NCBI GenBank assembly: GCA_963849325.1
Contig: CAWKHF010000007.1
Span: 128,001-192,000, forward strand
DNA from: an uncultured Planctomycetota bacterium
Lineage (GTDB): Bacteria > Planctomycetota > Planctomycetia > Gemmatales > Gemmataceae
Reading direction: 5' to 3'
Length of the DNA: 64,000 nucleotides
Shown: piece by piece, positions 46,830 through 56,026 of the stretch
Layout: each line of letters starts with the position of its first letter
How positions within the stretch are numbered: position 1 is the first letter of the stretch
Position numbers and translations under genes: made by a program
The notes under the pieces: model-generated
What the model was told of the DNA's origin: nothing
Databases searched by the model: none
The model's input: only the letters and a program-made list of their open reading frames with translations

Positions 46830-48170
46830 ATGCGTCAGCCCTTGCTCCGCGCCGCGCTTCTCCTCGGCTTTGTGGCGAACACTCCATCCCTCCGCGCCGG
46901 ACTGTACTACTCCGGCGAAACCTTCGCCGAGCTGCCGTCGCAGTGGCGCGGCTTCCTGCTCGATCAGCGTAGTCTGCGCACCCTCGCCGTCAAATCGACC
47001 CCGGCCGTCCCCGCGGGACCGATCCGCCAGCGCTACGAAGCGGAAGCGGTTCGCCTGACGAAGCTCGCCGGCCAGCGTCCGCTGACCGCCGACGAGGCTG
47101 CGGATCTCGGGGCGCTGTATGTCCGACTCGGCGAACTGGGGAAGGCCATCGACGTGCTGCGGACGGCCCAGCGCCAATCCCCGAAGCACTTCCATCTGGC
47201 CGCCAACCTCGGCACGGCCTGGCAAATGCAGGGCGACCTCGCCCAGGCCGCCGCCGCGCTGGAGCAGGCCGTCCGCCTGGCGCCCGACAAACTCCGCAAG
47301 GCCGAGGAGCTGCACCTCAAGCTCGTCCGCCTGCGTAGCCGGCAGGCGAAAGATGCTCAGGATCTCGATGATTTGTTCGGCGTCGCGTACGTCGGCCCCA
47401 GCGGCCGGTTCGAGCCGGGACGACTCGCCGAGGCTCAGCGCAAACGCCTGCCGGCCAACGCGGTCGCCCTGGTGCAGCAGCTGGCGCTGTGGCTGCCGAG
47501 CGATGGCCGCTTACTGTGGCAGCTGGCCGAGCTGGCCGGGTCCAACGGCGACATCGCCACCGCCGCCGCCATCATGGACGGCTGCGTCACCGAGTTCGGC
47601 CTGCGCGCCGCCGACTTGCGCAGCCATCGCCGAGCCTATCGCAGCGCCGCCGAGGAACGCACCGCAAAGGGAGAAAGCGACGTCAAGGCGGCGCACGAGG
47701 GCCATCCCGGACTGTTCAAGCCGCGCTCGCCGCGACCGCTCGTGCGCAAGCTCGATCCCATGCCGCTGCCGCCCATCGATCCCAAAGGGGTCAACGCCCT
47801 GCCGTGGTCGGTTGTCACCGAGACGGCGCTGGATCGGCAGTATCGGCCGACCTTCCCGCGCTACCTGAAGGAACTGGACGGCAAGAAGGTGCTGCTGAAC
47901 GGCTACGTACAGCCGTTGGGAGAAGACGCCGAGCTGAGCGCGTTTCTGCTGATCGAATATCCGGTCGGCTGCTGGTATTGCGAGCAACCGGAAATGACGG
48001 CGATTGTGCTGATCGAACTGCCGGAGGGCAAGACATACAACTTCACGCGCGGTCAGGTCCAGGTCCGCGGCAAGCTCGTCCTCAACGCCCGCGATCCCGA
48101 GAACTTCCTCTACACGCTACGCGATGCCGAGGTCAGCCAGAAAGAGGAAGGCTCCTCCGCGAGAAAGTAA
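46830..48170 (+). CDS. Secreted TPR protein with C-terminal DUF3299-like domain
   Basis: Signal peptide; ADLGALYVRLGELGKAIDVL, ANLGTAWQMQGDLAQA; LKELDGKKVLLNGYVQPL...FLLIEYPVGCWYCEQP. Confidence 0.75.
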   Translation: MRQPLLRAALLLGFVANTPSLRAGLYYSGETFAELPSQWRGFLLDQRSLRTLAVKSTPAVPAGPIRQRYEAEAVRLTKLAGQRPLTADEAADLGALYVRLGELGKAIDVLRTAQRQSPKHFHLAANLGTAWQMQGDLAQAAAALEQAVRLAPDKLRKAEELHLKLVRLRSRQAKDAQDLDDLFGVAYVGPSGRFEPGRLAEAQRKRLPANAVALVQQLALWLPSDGRLLWQLAELAGSNGDIATAAAIMDGCVTEFGLRAADLRSHRRAYRSAAEERTAKGESDVKAAHEGHPGLFKPRSPRPLVRKLDPMPLPPIDPKGVNALPWSVVTETALDRQYRPTFPRYLKELDGKKVLLNGYVQPLGEDAELSAFLLIEYPVGCWYCEQPEMTAIVLIELPEGKTYNFTRGQVQVRGKLVLNARDPENFLYTLRDAEVSQKEEGSSARK

Positions 48171-48171
48171 C

Positions 48172-48411
48172 GTGATTGTCGTGCTGATTATTTTCCTGTC
48201 GGCCACCGCGTTCTTGATTGTCTTGATTTACTTCCTTTCCCAGGACCGCAAGCGCGGCGAGGTCCGGAGTTTCCGGCAGCGTTTTCGGGAGAGACGACGA
48301 TACCCGCCGCCGGAGCAACCGATCGACCCCATTTTTGCGTTTGATGAACCTTCGGTCGAGATAAAGAGGGACAAACCCGGCGATTCCAAAACGCGGAGGC
48401 TGAGTCGCTAG
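48172..48411 (+). CDS. Small single-pass membrane protein (tentative)
   Basis: GTG immediately after the previous stop; IVVLIIFLSATAFLIVLIYFL followed by a basic tail. Confidence 0.45.
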   Translation: MIVVLIIFLSATAFLIVLIYFLSQDRKRGEVRSFRQRFRERRRYPPPEQPIDPIFAFDEPSVEIKRDKPGDSKTRRLSR

Positions 48412-48415
48412 ACCA

Positions 48416-48477
48416 GCGTGGCGACCAGGGTAAAATAACGAAAGAAACATTCCTCCCTCGGCGCGGCGAGACGTTGG
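48416..48477 (+). repeat. 62-bp diverged direct repeat, copy 1 (upstream of the TA pair)
   Basis: 54/62 identical to 49461-49522 by manual alignment; contains GGGTAAAAT (-10-like). Confidence 0.85.
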
Positions 48478-48513
48478 GGGCAATTCCCATTCGACAGTCG
48501 GAGGTATAGCTCT

Positions 48514-48817
48514 ATGAGCCACCCGTTGACGGTTGAGTTGAGCGATGCGGTCTACGCCGCACTGCAACTCCACGCACGGGCGACCGCGCAATCTCCTGCG
48601 GAATTGGCCGCCGCAGCCCTGGAGCAGCGCTTCGGCATCCCCGATGGAATGCGCAGTCGGCGCGCACCCGGCGACCGAGGCCGAAAAACAAGCGGCGCGC
48701 GAGCGATTTGAAAGTCACTTCGGCGCCGTCAACCTCGGCCACGCGACAGGGGTGGACAACGCGGGCATCGATGCCGACCTGGCCCGCGCTTACGCCGACA
48801 GCCACGAGGAAGGCTGA
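48514..48817 (+). CDS. Putative antitoxin; frameshift near 48660
   Basis: GGAGG RBS; MSHPLTVELSDAVYAALQLHA...; ARERFESHFGAVNLGHATGVDNAGIDADLARAYAD; TGA overlaps the toxin ATG. Confidence 0.7.
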
Positions 48818-49209
48818 TGCTCCTGGACACTTCGGGCCTGCTCTGTCTGCACCACCAAGCCGAGCTGTTCCACCGCGAGGCTTGTCGAGCTTACCAGGCA
48901 GCTCGCGTCCGGCTGACGCACGGCTACGTGCTGGCCGAGTTCGTCGCGCTGGCCCAGGCACGGCGTCTCCCGCGTCTGGCCGCGCTGGCTCTCGTGGCCG
49001 ATCTGGTGGCCAACCCGGACATCCAGACGGTGTGGGGAGACGAATTGCTGCATCACAAGGCGATGGCGCTGCTACAGGCCCGGCCGGACAAGACGTATTC
49101 ACTATGCGATGCGGTGAGCTTTGTCCTGATGCGGCAGTGCCAAGTCAGCGAAGCCTTGACCACAGACCACCACTTTGAGGAGGAAGGCTTCCGCAAGCTG
49201 CTGGGATAG
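48817..49209 (+). CDS. vapC: PIN-domain (VapC-like) toxin
   Basis: MLLDTSG...YVLAEF...DKTYSLCDAVSFVLM...ALTTDHHFEEEGF. Confidence 0.9.
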   Translation: MLLDTSGLLCLHHQAELFHREACRAYQAARVRLTHGYVLAEFVALAQARRLPRLAALALVADLVANPDIQTVWGDELLHHKAMALLQARPDKTYSLCDAVSFVLMRQCQVSEALTTDHHFEEEGFRKLLG

Positions 49210-49460
49210 GGCAAGGCATAGCGGTCGGGAAAGAGACGCGCAAAGCACGGCCGAACACCTCCAAGGCTCTCGGTGGCCGGATGCTGGAGCCGGCCGAGGC
49301 CATCCTATTGGATTCCAGGAGATCAACGTTACCGGAGACGGGTCTAGTCGAGGCGATGGATTGATCCTCACGATCTCCCCCTCCTCAACCGCAAAAGCGC
49401 CGCATCTGTTCACGGCCATCCTCCCAGCCGTGGCGGTTAGACGGGATACGCGATGCTCCG

Positions 49461-49522
49461 GCGCGGCGACTAGGGTAAAATAACTAAAGAAGCGTTCCTC
49501 CCTCGACGCGACGAGACGCTGG
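49461..49522 (+). repeat. 62-bp diverged direct repeat, copy 2 (upstream of the acyl-CoA dehydrogenase)
   Basis: Partner of 48416-48477. Confidence 0.85.
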
Positions 49523-49555
49523 AGGGCGATGCCTCATTTTTCGGGGAGGTCTCCG

Positions 49556-51328
49556 ATGGCCCTGACCGCCGCGCAGCTGGAACAACAGAAACAAGCGGCC
49601 GAGGAATTGCTCTTTTCCGGCCCGCAAACGCTGGGCTTCGCCAAGGGGCTGTTCTTTGGCCACTTCAACGCCGCCTTGCTCAACCCTTATCCGCACCTCC
49701 GCGCCGAGGAGCGGCCCGGGCCGACGAGAAGGTGGCCGAGGTGCGCCGTTTCTGCGAGGAACACATCGACGCGGCGGCCATCGACCGCAACGCGGAGATC
49801 CCGACCAACGTGGTCGCCGGCCTGGGTCGTCTCGGCGTCCTGGGCGCGACGGCGCCGCCGGAGTACGGCGGGCCGGGCCTGTCACAGCTGGCCGCCTGCC
49901 GCATCATGGAGGTCATCGGCGGCCATGACGCCGCCGTCGGCGTCTTCGTCAACGCCCATCACAGCATCGGCATCCGCGCCCTGCTGTTGTTCGGCACCGA
50001 GGAGCAGAAGCGTCGCTGGCTGCCGCCGCTGGTGCGCGGCGAACAGCTCGCCGCCTTCGCCCTGACCGAGCCGGAAGCCGGCTCCGACGCCAGCAATGTG
50101 CAGACCACGGCCACGCCCACACCGGACGGCAAAGCCTACGTCCTCAACGGCAGCAAACGCTGGATCACCAACGGCGGCATCGCCGGCGTCCTGACCGTCA
50201 TCGCGCGCACGCCGGCGCAGGGGCCAGCAAGAAGAAGGAAATCACCGCCTTCCTGGTGACGCCGGACATGCCCGGTTTCAAGGTGCTCGACCCGCGCATG
50301 GCCAAGACGGGCATTCGCGGCACGGCCACCGGCCGGCTCGCCTTCGAGAACATGGTCGTGCCGGCCGAGAACGTGCTCGGCCAGGTCGGCAAGGGTCTGC
50401 GCATCGCGCTGACCGTACTCGACTTCGGCCGGACCACGTTCGGCGCCTGCTGCACCGGCGCGGCCAAAACCTGCGTCCGCGCCGCCGCCACCCATGCGAA
50501 ACAGCGCGTGCAGTTCGAGCAGCCGATCGCCGATTTCGAGTTGGTCAAAAAAAAGATCGCCTGGATGGCCGCCCATGCCTTCGCCATGGAGGCGACCACC
50601 AGCGAATGCGCCCACTTCATCGACAGCGGTTTCGACGACTACATGCTCGAAACGGCCATGCTCAAGGTGTGGTCCACCGACGCCCTGTGGCAGATCGTCA
50701 ACGACACCATTCAGATTTTCGGCGGCAAGGCATACTTCACCGACGAGCCTTACGAGCGCATGATGCGCAACGCGCGCATCAACACGATCGGCGAAGGAGC
50801 CAACGACGTGCTGCGGGCGTTCATCGCCATGGTGGGCATCAAGCCGGTGGCCGACCAGTTCCTGAGTATCAAGCACGCGCTAGAACACCCCATCCGCGAC
50901 ATTGGCACGCTCCTGAGCTTCGGGGGCAAGCAGCTGCGGCGCGCTGGACGACGCCGGACGTGCCGGTGCAGAACAGCGCCCTGCGCGAGCCGGCCCAGGA
51001 GTTGGCCCGGCGCGTCCGCGACTTCAGCTTCGCGGTGCAATCGATGCTCATGAAACACCGTGAAAATATCCTGTTCCGTCAATACGTGCAGGAACGGCTG
51101 GCGGACGCCGCCTGTGAGCTGTATGCGTCGAGTTGCACGCTGGCGCGGCTGGATGCACTGATGACGACGGGCAATGGCCATGCGGATGAAGTAACGCGCG
51201 ACGGGACGGTGGGACGGTACTTCCTGCGCCTGTCCAATCGTCGCATCAAGCAGTGCCTGGCCGCACTATCCGATAACGACGATGCCGAAACGACGGCGAC
51301 GGCGGATGCCGTGCTGGCGAAGTATTGA
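49556..51328 (+). CDS. Acyl-CoA dehydrogenase (VLCAD/ACAD9-like); frameshifts near 49720, 50220 and 50940
   Basis: NAHHSIG, AFALTEPEAGSDA, LNGSKRWITNGG, LDFGR, RVQFEQPIADFELV, IQIFGGKAY, RINTIGEGANDVLR. Confidence 0.92.
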
Positions 51329-51342
51329 CGGAAAGGTGTCCG

Positions 51343-51396
51343 TCCGAGCCTGAAGCGTAAGCGAAGAGTGCTCTTCGCTTACGCTTCAGGCTCGGA
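51343..51396. repeat. REP-like palindrome family B, copy 2
   Basis: tccgagcctgaagcgtaagcgaagag-tg-ctcttcgcttacgcttcaggctcgga, between convergent genes. Confidence 0.92.
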
Positions 51397-51415
51397 GAAG
51401 TTTTGTCCGCTCGTT

Positions 51416-52810
51416 CTATTCCTTGCCGCCCGATGACGGTTTCGGCATCGGAATGAGTTGGCCGGTACTCGAGCCTGTGCCGCCGCGCAACGGCGTGGCA
51501 CGCGGGCGCGGCGGCTTGGCCGGCACTTCCGGCTCTGGTTCCAGCTCTTCCGGCGTGGCTTCCGGCTCCTTCGGCTGCGCCGCCTTCAAGGACAGCGAAA
51601 TGCGGCGCTGCTCGCGATCAACGCTCAGCACCTTCACTTGCACTTCCTGCCCCTCCTTCACGATGTCGCCGACGCGGAAAACGCGCTGCGGCGCCAACTC
51701 GGAAATGTGGATCAGCCCCTCGATGGCCGGCTCCAACTCCACGAAGGCGCCGAAGTCCATCAACCGCGACACCTTGCCGGAGACGACTTCGCCGACGTGA
51801 TACTTCTCGGACACATTGTCCCACGGACTCGCCGTCAGTTGCTTGAGTCCCAGGCTGATTTTGCGGTGCTCGCGATCGATCTTGAGCACGACCACCTTAA
51901 TCGATTGTCCCGGCTGCACGACGGTGGCAGCGTCCTTGACGCGCTGCCAACTCATCTCGCTGACGTGCAGCAGGCCGTCCACGCCGCCCACATCGACGAA
52001 GGCGCCGAAGTCCTTGACGGAGCGCACGATCCCCTGCCGAACCTGCCCCTCGGCCAACTCGTTCCACGTCTTTTCGCGCATCTCCTCGCGCTGTTTCTCC
52101 AGTAGGGCGCGGCGGCTGACGACGAGGTTGCGCTCGACAACGTCTACCTCGGTCACCAGGCAGAGCAGGCGCTGGTTGACGAATTGTTCGGCGTCCTCGA
52201 CGCGGTAGAGGTCGATCTGACTGATGGGCATGAAGCCGCGGATGCCGTTGACATCGACCGAGAGTCCTCCCTTGTTGGTGGCGGTGACGCGGGCCTCGAC
52301 GGTCATGCCGACGGCGACGCTGGACCAATCGGCCTCGACCGCCGCTCCCTCGCGCGACAAGAGCAGAACGCCGTTGGCGTGATCGAAGCCCTCGATGGTG
52401 ACGTCGATCTCGGTGCCCAGCGCCGGCGGTCCCTCGGGGAACTGCAGCAGCGGCAAGACGCCCTGCGTCCGGCCGCCGGGCAGGTCGATGAAAACGTCCT
52501 GATCGTGGATGCGGAAGACCTTGCCCTTTTTGGGTCCGGCGTCGGCGGCGGAGCGTTCGCGGCGAGCCGGTTCGGCGTAGAGGTCCTTGTCGGACATACC
52601 GGACATCGCTTCTTGTAATTCGCGCTCCATCTCCTCGTCGAAGGCGTCGATCTTCTTGCCGAAGCCGTAGGATTGCTCGTGTTGCAGCGACGGCACCGAT
52701 CCGCCGCGCTGCGGCGGTTTCTCGCGCGGCGGCTTCTTCGAGGCCGGCGGTTCGGCGGGCGCTTCGGTGGGGGGAGACGTGGGCTGGGTGGGTTTCTCGG
52801 CGTCGCTCAT
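51416..52810 (-). CDS. S1 RNA-binding-domain protein (short ribosomal protein S1-like paralog, four S1 repeats)
   Basis: NKGGLSVDVNGIRGFMPISQI, DFGAFVDVGGVDGLLHVSEMSW, DFGAFVELEPAIEGLIHISEL. Confidence 0.88.
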   Translation of the reverse strand: MSDAEKPTQPTSPPTEAPAEPPASKKPPREKPPQRGGSVPSLQHEQSYGFGKKIDAFDEEMERELQEAMSGMSDKDLYAEPARRERSAADAGPKKGKVFRIHDQDVFIDLPGGRTQGVLPLLQFPEGPPALGTEIDVTIEGFDHANGVLLLSREGAAVEADWSSVAVGMTVEARVTATNKGGLSVDVNGIRGFMPISQIDLYRVEDAEQFVNQRLLCLVTEVDVVERNLVVSRRALLEKQREEMREKTWNELAEGQVRQGIVRSVKDFGAFVDVGGVDGLLHVSEMSWQRVKDAATVVQPGQSIKVVVLKIDREHRKISLGLKQLTASPWDNVSEKYHVGEVVSGKVSRLMDFGAFVELEPAIEGLIHISELAPQRVFRVGDIVKEGQEVQVKVLSVDREQRRISLSLKAAQPKEPEATPEELEPEPEVPAKPPRPRATPLRGGTGSSTGQLIPMPKPSSGGKE

Positions 52811-53311
52811 CGTGTTCACCTTGCGCGAAAGGGCGGAAAAAACAGGGCCGCGAGCGTCCCGGTCGTTTCAAGAATGCCAGGACACGTGAGGACTCCGATG
52901 CTCCGTATCATCACGAATGGGAGCAAAGGGTCTCCCCATGCCTTCGTATCATTGTACCATTACGCCCGCTGTCGTCCGCTCCGTCGCTCCTTCTGCGCTG
53001 GAAGCTCTCCGTCCACTTGCCGCTGCGAAGGCGAAACCGCGAGCCCGGGAAGTGAGACGTTGCTCTCCGCAAAGGCGATAATTCTCCTGCGACTCGCCTC
53101 GACCTTCCATCCTGCCCTCTTTCTCCGCCTTCTTTCTGTTCGGTAAGCCTCCCGTTGGGAATCCAGGTATTAGAGTGGAACAAGTGAGAATCGTAAGACG
53201 CCGCACCCGGCGCGGAAGAGCAAGATGCTTTCTCCGTCCAAGGTGCGCGTGGACCAGGCGAGGCTCCCCAATATCGCCTCGCTTCCCCTTATCTCTCCTG
53301 GAGACCCTTTC

Positions 53312-53773
53312 ATGTTCCGTCACCTGTTCCGTTCTCGTAAAGAAACTCGGCCCACGCGTCCGGTCTTCCGGCCGGCCCTGGAAAACCTGGAGAGCCGTGA
53401 GGTCCCGACCAATGTGGCTCAAGTAAGTGCGGCCTTGCAGGAGTTGCCTGGGGCCATCAACAACCTGGGCATAAACATCGCGGCCCAAAACGTCAAGAAC
53501 GGCGAGGCCAACTTCAACATTATCCGTAACAACGTCCAAACGCTCAGCAACAACGCCATCTTCTTCGCCCCCGGCCCGCGCTTGCAGATCGACACCGCTC
53601 TGTTCACGGGCGGTTTCCAGCTGTATCAGGATTCCTTTCAGCTCCTCCAGCTTGGTGATCAGCAAGACGCGAACCTGGTGGCCCAGGTTGGCGTTCAAGC
53701 GGTCCTGGGCGGCTACTTCGACTACCTGGCGATGTCCAACGGTATCAGCAAGGGCAACTTGACCCTGTCGTAG
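53312..53773 (+). CDS. Small protein with a planctomycete-type N-terminal LExLExR motif
   Basis: GGAG RBS; MFRHLFRSRKETRPTRPVFRPALENLESREVP followed by an Asn/Gln-rich helical region. Confidence 0.75.
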   Translation: MFRHLFRSRKETRPTRPVFRPALENLESREVPTNVAQVSAALQELPGAINNLGINIAAQNVKNGEANFNIIRNNVQTLSNNAIFFAPGPRLQIDTALFTGGFQLYQDSFQLLQLGDQQDANLVAQVGVQAVLGGYFDYLAMSNGISKGNLTLS

Positions 53774-53789
53774 ACGCTGGGACCGAGTT

Positions 53790-53842
53790 GAGCCGCGACC
53801 GTCGGGGAGCGATTGCGGATCGCTCCCCAACGGTCGCGGCTC
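53790..53842. repeat. REP-like palindrome
   Basis: gagccgcgaccgtcggggagcgat-tgcgg-atcgctccccaacggtcgcggctc. Confidence 0.88.
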
Positions 53843-53958
53843 GGACGTCGTCCGAGGACCGATGCTCTCTCCGCGTGGTGGCGGCGGCCGAACGTTCCTG
53901 CTAACATAATTTCTTTGGACCGCCACGCCCGCCCCCCGACGCACCCGCGGAGCCGGTC

Positions 53959-55137
53959 ATGGACCCCGTTCTTTTCGACGAACTCGAACGCACCCTCGGC
54001 GCCGAGGGAGCGGACGCCGCCATCGACCGCCTGTGTGATCGGCTGCGTCAGCAGAAGGACTACAGCAGTCTGTTTTACGCCCTGCTGATGCGCAAGCGCC
54101 GGCAGCTGGGCGTCTCGCCCATCCCGACCGGGCCGGCCCAGGAGCTGCCGGAGAACACGCACGCCGACTACGAAGAGTCCATCCGTCAGGCTGCCCGTGA
54201 GGTCGGTCGGCTGTTTTTGCAGGACGGGCAGCTGCCGCAAGCGTGGGCGTACTTCCGCATGCTCAACGAGCCGGAACCTCTGCGCCAGGCGCTCGAGGCG
54301 TACCAGCCCCGAGAGGACGAAGACCTGCAATCGCTGGTGCAAATCGCCTTCTATGAGGGCGTCCATCCGAACAAGGGCTTCGACTGGGTGTTGCAGCGCT
54401 TCGGCCTGTGCAGCGCCATTACCACCCTGAGCAGTCAAGAACTGCCGCATCCCCCGGAGGCGCGGCAATACTGCATCCAGGCCCTGATCCGCGCCTTGCA
54501 CGCCGAGCTGCGCGACCGCCTCACCGCGGACATCGAGCGCCACGACGGTCGGCCGCCCGCCGAGGCCGACACTCCGCCGAATACGGTCGGCGTCATCCGC
54601 AAGCTTCTCGCCGGCCGCGATTGGCTGTTCGCCGACGACTCCTATCACATCGACCTGTCGCACCTGTCCAGCGTGGCGCAGATGAGCATGAACCTGACGC
54701 CGTGCGACGAACTGGAGATGGCACGCGAGCTGTGCGCCTACGGTCAAAGCTTGTCCGGTCGCTTCGTCAACCCCGGCGACCCGCCCTTCGAGGACCAGTA
54801 TCGCGCCATCGGCATTTACCTGGCCATCCTGACCGGCGAGAACGTCGAAGAAGGGTTGGACTATTTTCGCGCTCAGGCCGAGCAGGCCGATCCCGAGACG
54901 GTCGGCACCTACCCGGCGCAGGTGCTGGTGAATCTGCTTCTGCGGCTGGACCGGCCGACGGAGGCGCTGGCCGTGGCGCGGAAGTACCTCGCCGCCGCCG
55001 ACAATCGGCAGCTGTCGTGTCCGAGCATCGTGGATTTGTGCCAGAAGGTGGGCGATTATCGGACACTGGCCGAGGTGGCGAAGGAGCAGGGCGACCCGGT
55101 ACATTTTCTGGCGGGATTGCTGGCCTCGCGTCCGTAG
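53959..55137 (+). CDS. Hypothetical all-helical protein
   Basis: 392-aa ORF with GGAG RBS and codon usage like neighbouring genes; no motif recognised. Confidence 0.75.
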   Translation: MDPVLFDELERTLGAEGADAAIDRLCDRLRQQKDYSSLFYALLMRKRRQLGVSPIPTGPAQELPENTHADYEESIRQAAREVGRLFLQDGQLPQAWAYFRMLNEPEPLRQALEAYQPREDEDLQSLVQIAFYEGVHPNKGFDWVLQRFGLCSAITTLSSQELPHPPEARQYCIQALIRALHAELRDRLTADIERHDGRPPAEADTPPNTVGVIRKLLAGRDWLFADDSYHIDLSHLSSVAQMSMNLTPCDELEMARELCAYGQSLSGRFVNPGDPPFEDQYRAIGIYLAILTGENVEEGLDYFRAQAEQADPETVGTYPAQVLVNLLLRLDRPTEALAVARKYLAAADNRQLSCPSIVDLCQKVGDYRTLAEVAKEQGDPVHFLAGLLASRP

Positions 55138-55181
55138 CCGCCTGCGGCTTCGCGCCCGTGGAGCGTGAAGCCATAAGCGGC
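55134..55181. repeat. Degenerate REP-like hairpin between convergent genes
   Basis: gccgcctgcggcttcgcgc...gcgtgaagccataagcggc. Confidence 0.55.
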
Positions 55182-55190
55182 ACCGAACGG

Positions 55191-55943
55191 TCACTCCTTG
55201 GCGACCTCCGCCATCAACTCTTCCGACATGTTCATGTCCGTAAAGACATTCTGCACGTCGTCGTGGTCGTCGAGGGCTTCGTGCAGGCGGAGAACCTTTT
55301 TGGCCGTCTCCAGATCGGCGTCGATCGGCGCCTTGGCCAGTTGGCTGATTTCGGACACGATGGTGGCGATGTTGTTCTTTTGCAGTGCTTCCTGCACCTT
55401 GGCGAAGTGCGACGGATCGCAGGTGATCTCGAAGGTGCTGCCGGCGCGCTTCAGGTCGTCGGCACCGGCGTCCAGGGCAATGCTCATAAGGGTGTCCTCG
55501 TCGGCGCCGAGGGCGTTGACGCTGAACAGACCCTTGCGCTCGAAGCGGAAGGCGACGTTGCCGGCGCTGCCCATCTTGCCGCCGCCGCGCTCGAAAATCT
55601 TGCGGATCTCGCCGGCGGTGCGGTTGCGGTTGTCGGTGACGACATCGACCAAAAAGGCGACGCCGCCCGGACCAATGCCCTCGTAGGTGATCTCCTCGAA
55701 GACCAGCCCCTCGACTTCGCCGGTGCCACGCTTGATGGCGCGTTCGATGTTGTCCTTGGGCATGCTGACCTGCCGCGCCTTGTCGATGGCGTAGCGCAGC
55801 TTGAGGTTCATGTTCGGGTCGCCGCCGCCGTGGCGGGCGGCGATGATGATCGCCCGGCTGAGCTTGCTCCACAGCTTGCCCCGCTTGGCGTCGACGGCCC
55901 CCTTCTTATGCTTGATCGTCGCCCAGTGGGAATGGCCGGACAT
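55191..55943 (-). CDS. yebC: YebC/PmpR-family protein
   Basis: MSGHSHWATIKHKKGAVDAKRGK, GGGDPNMN, YEGIGPGG, TDNRNRT, LDDHDDVQNVFT. Confidence 0.96.
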   Translation of the reverse strand: MSGHSHWATIKHKKGAVDAKRGKLWSKLSRAIIIAARHGGGDPNMNLKLRYAIDKARQVSMPKDNIERAIKRGTGEVEGLVFEEITYEGIGPGGVAFLVDVVTDNRNRTAGEIRKIFERGGGKMGSAGNVAFRFERKGLFSVNALGADEDTLMSIALDAGADDLKRAGSTFEITCDPSHFAKVQEALQKNNIATIVSEISQLAKAPIDADLETAKKVLRLHEALDDHDDVQNVFTDMNMSEELMAEVAKE

Positions 55944-55959
55944 GGCGTCTCCTTCTTCA

Positions 55960-56016
55960 TCAGTTGTCAGTTGTCAGTATCGCTTACTGACAACTGACAA
56001 CTGACAACTGACAACT
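55960..56016. repeat. Inverted heptamer tandem repeat (CAGTTGT ... ACTGACA)
   Basis: tcagttgtcagttgtcagta-tcgct-tactgacaactgacaactgacaactgacaact. Confidence 0.9.
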
Positions 56017-56026
56017 CTGGATTGAT

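Noticed and set aside
52820-53310. Long intergenic region as a riboswitch or ncRNA (also 46490-46830)
   Set aside because: I could not match a known consensus by eye; an Infernal/Rfam scan would be needed.
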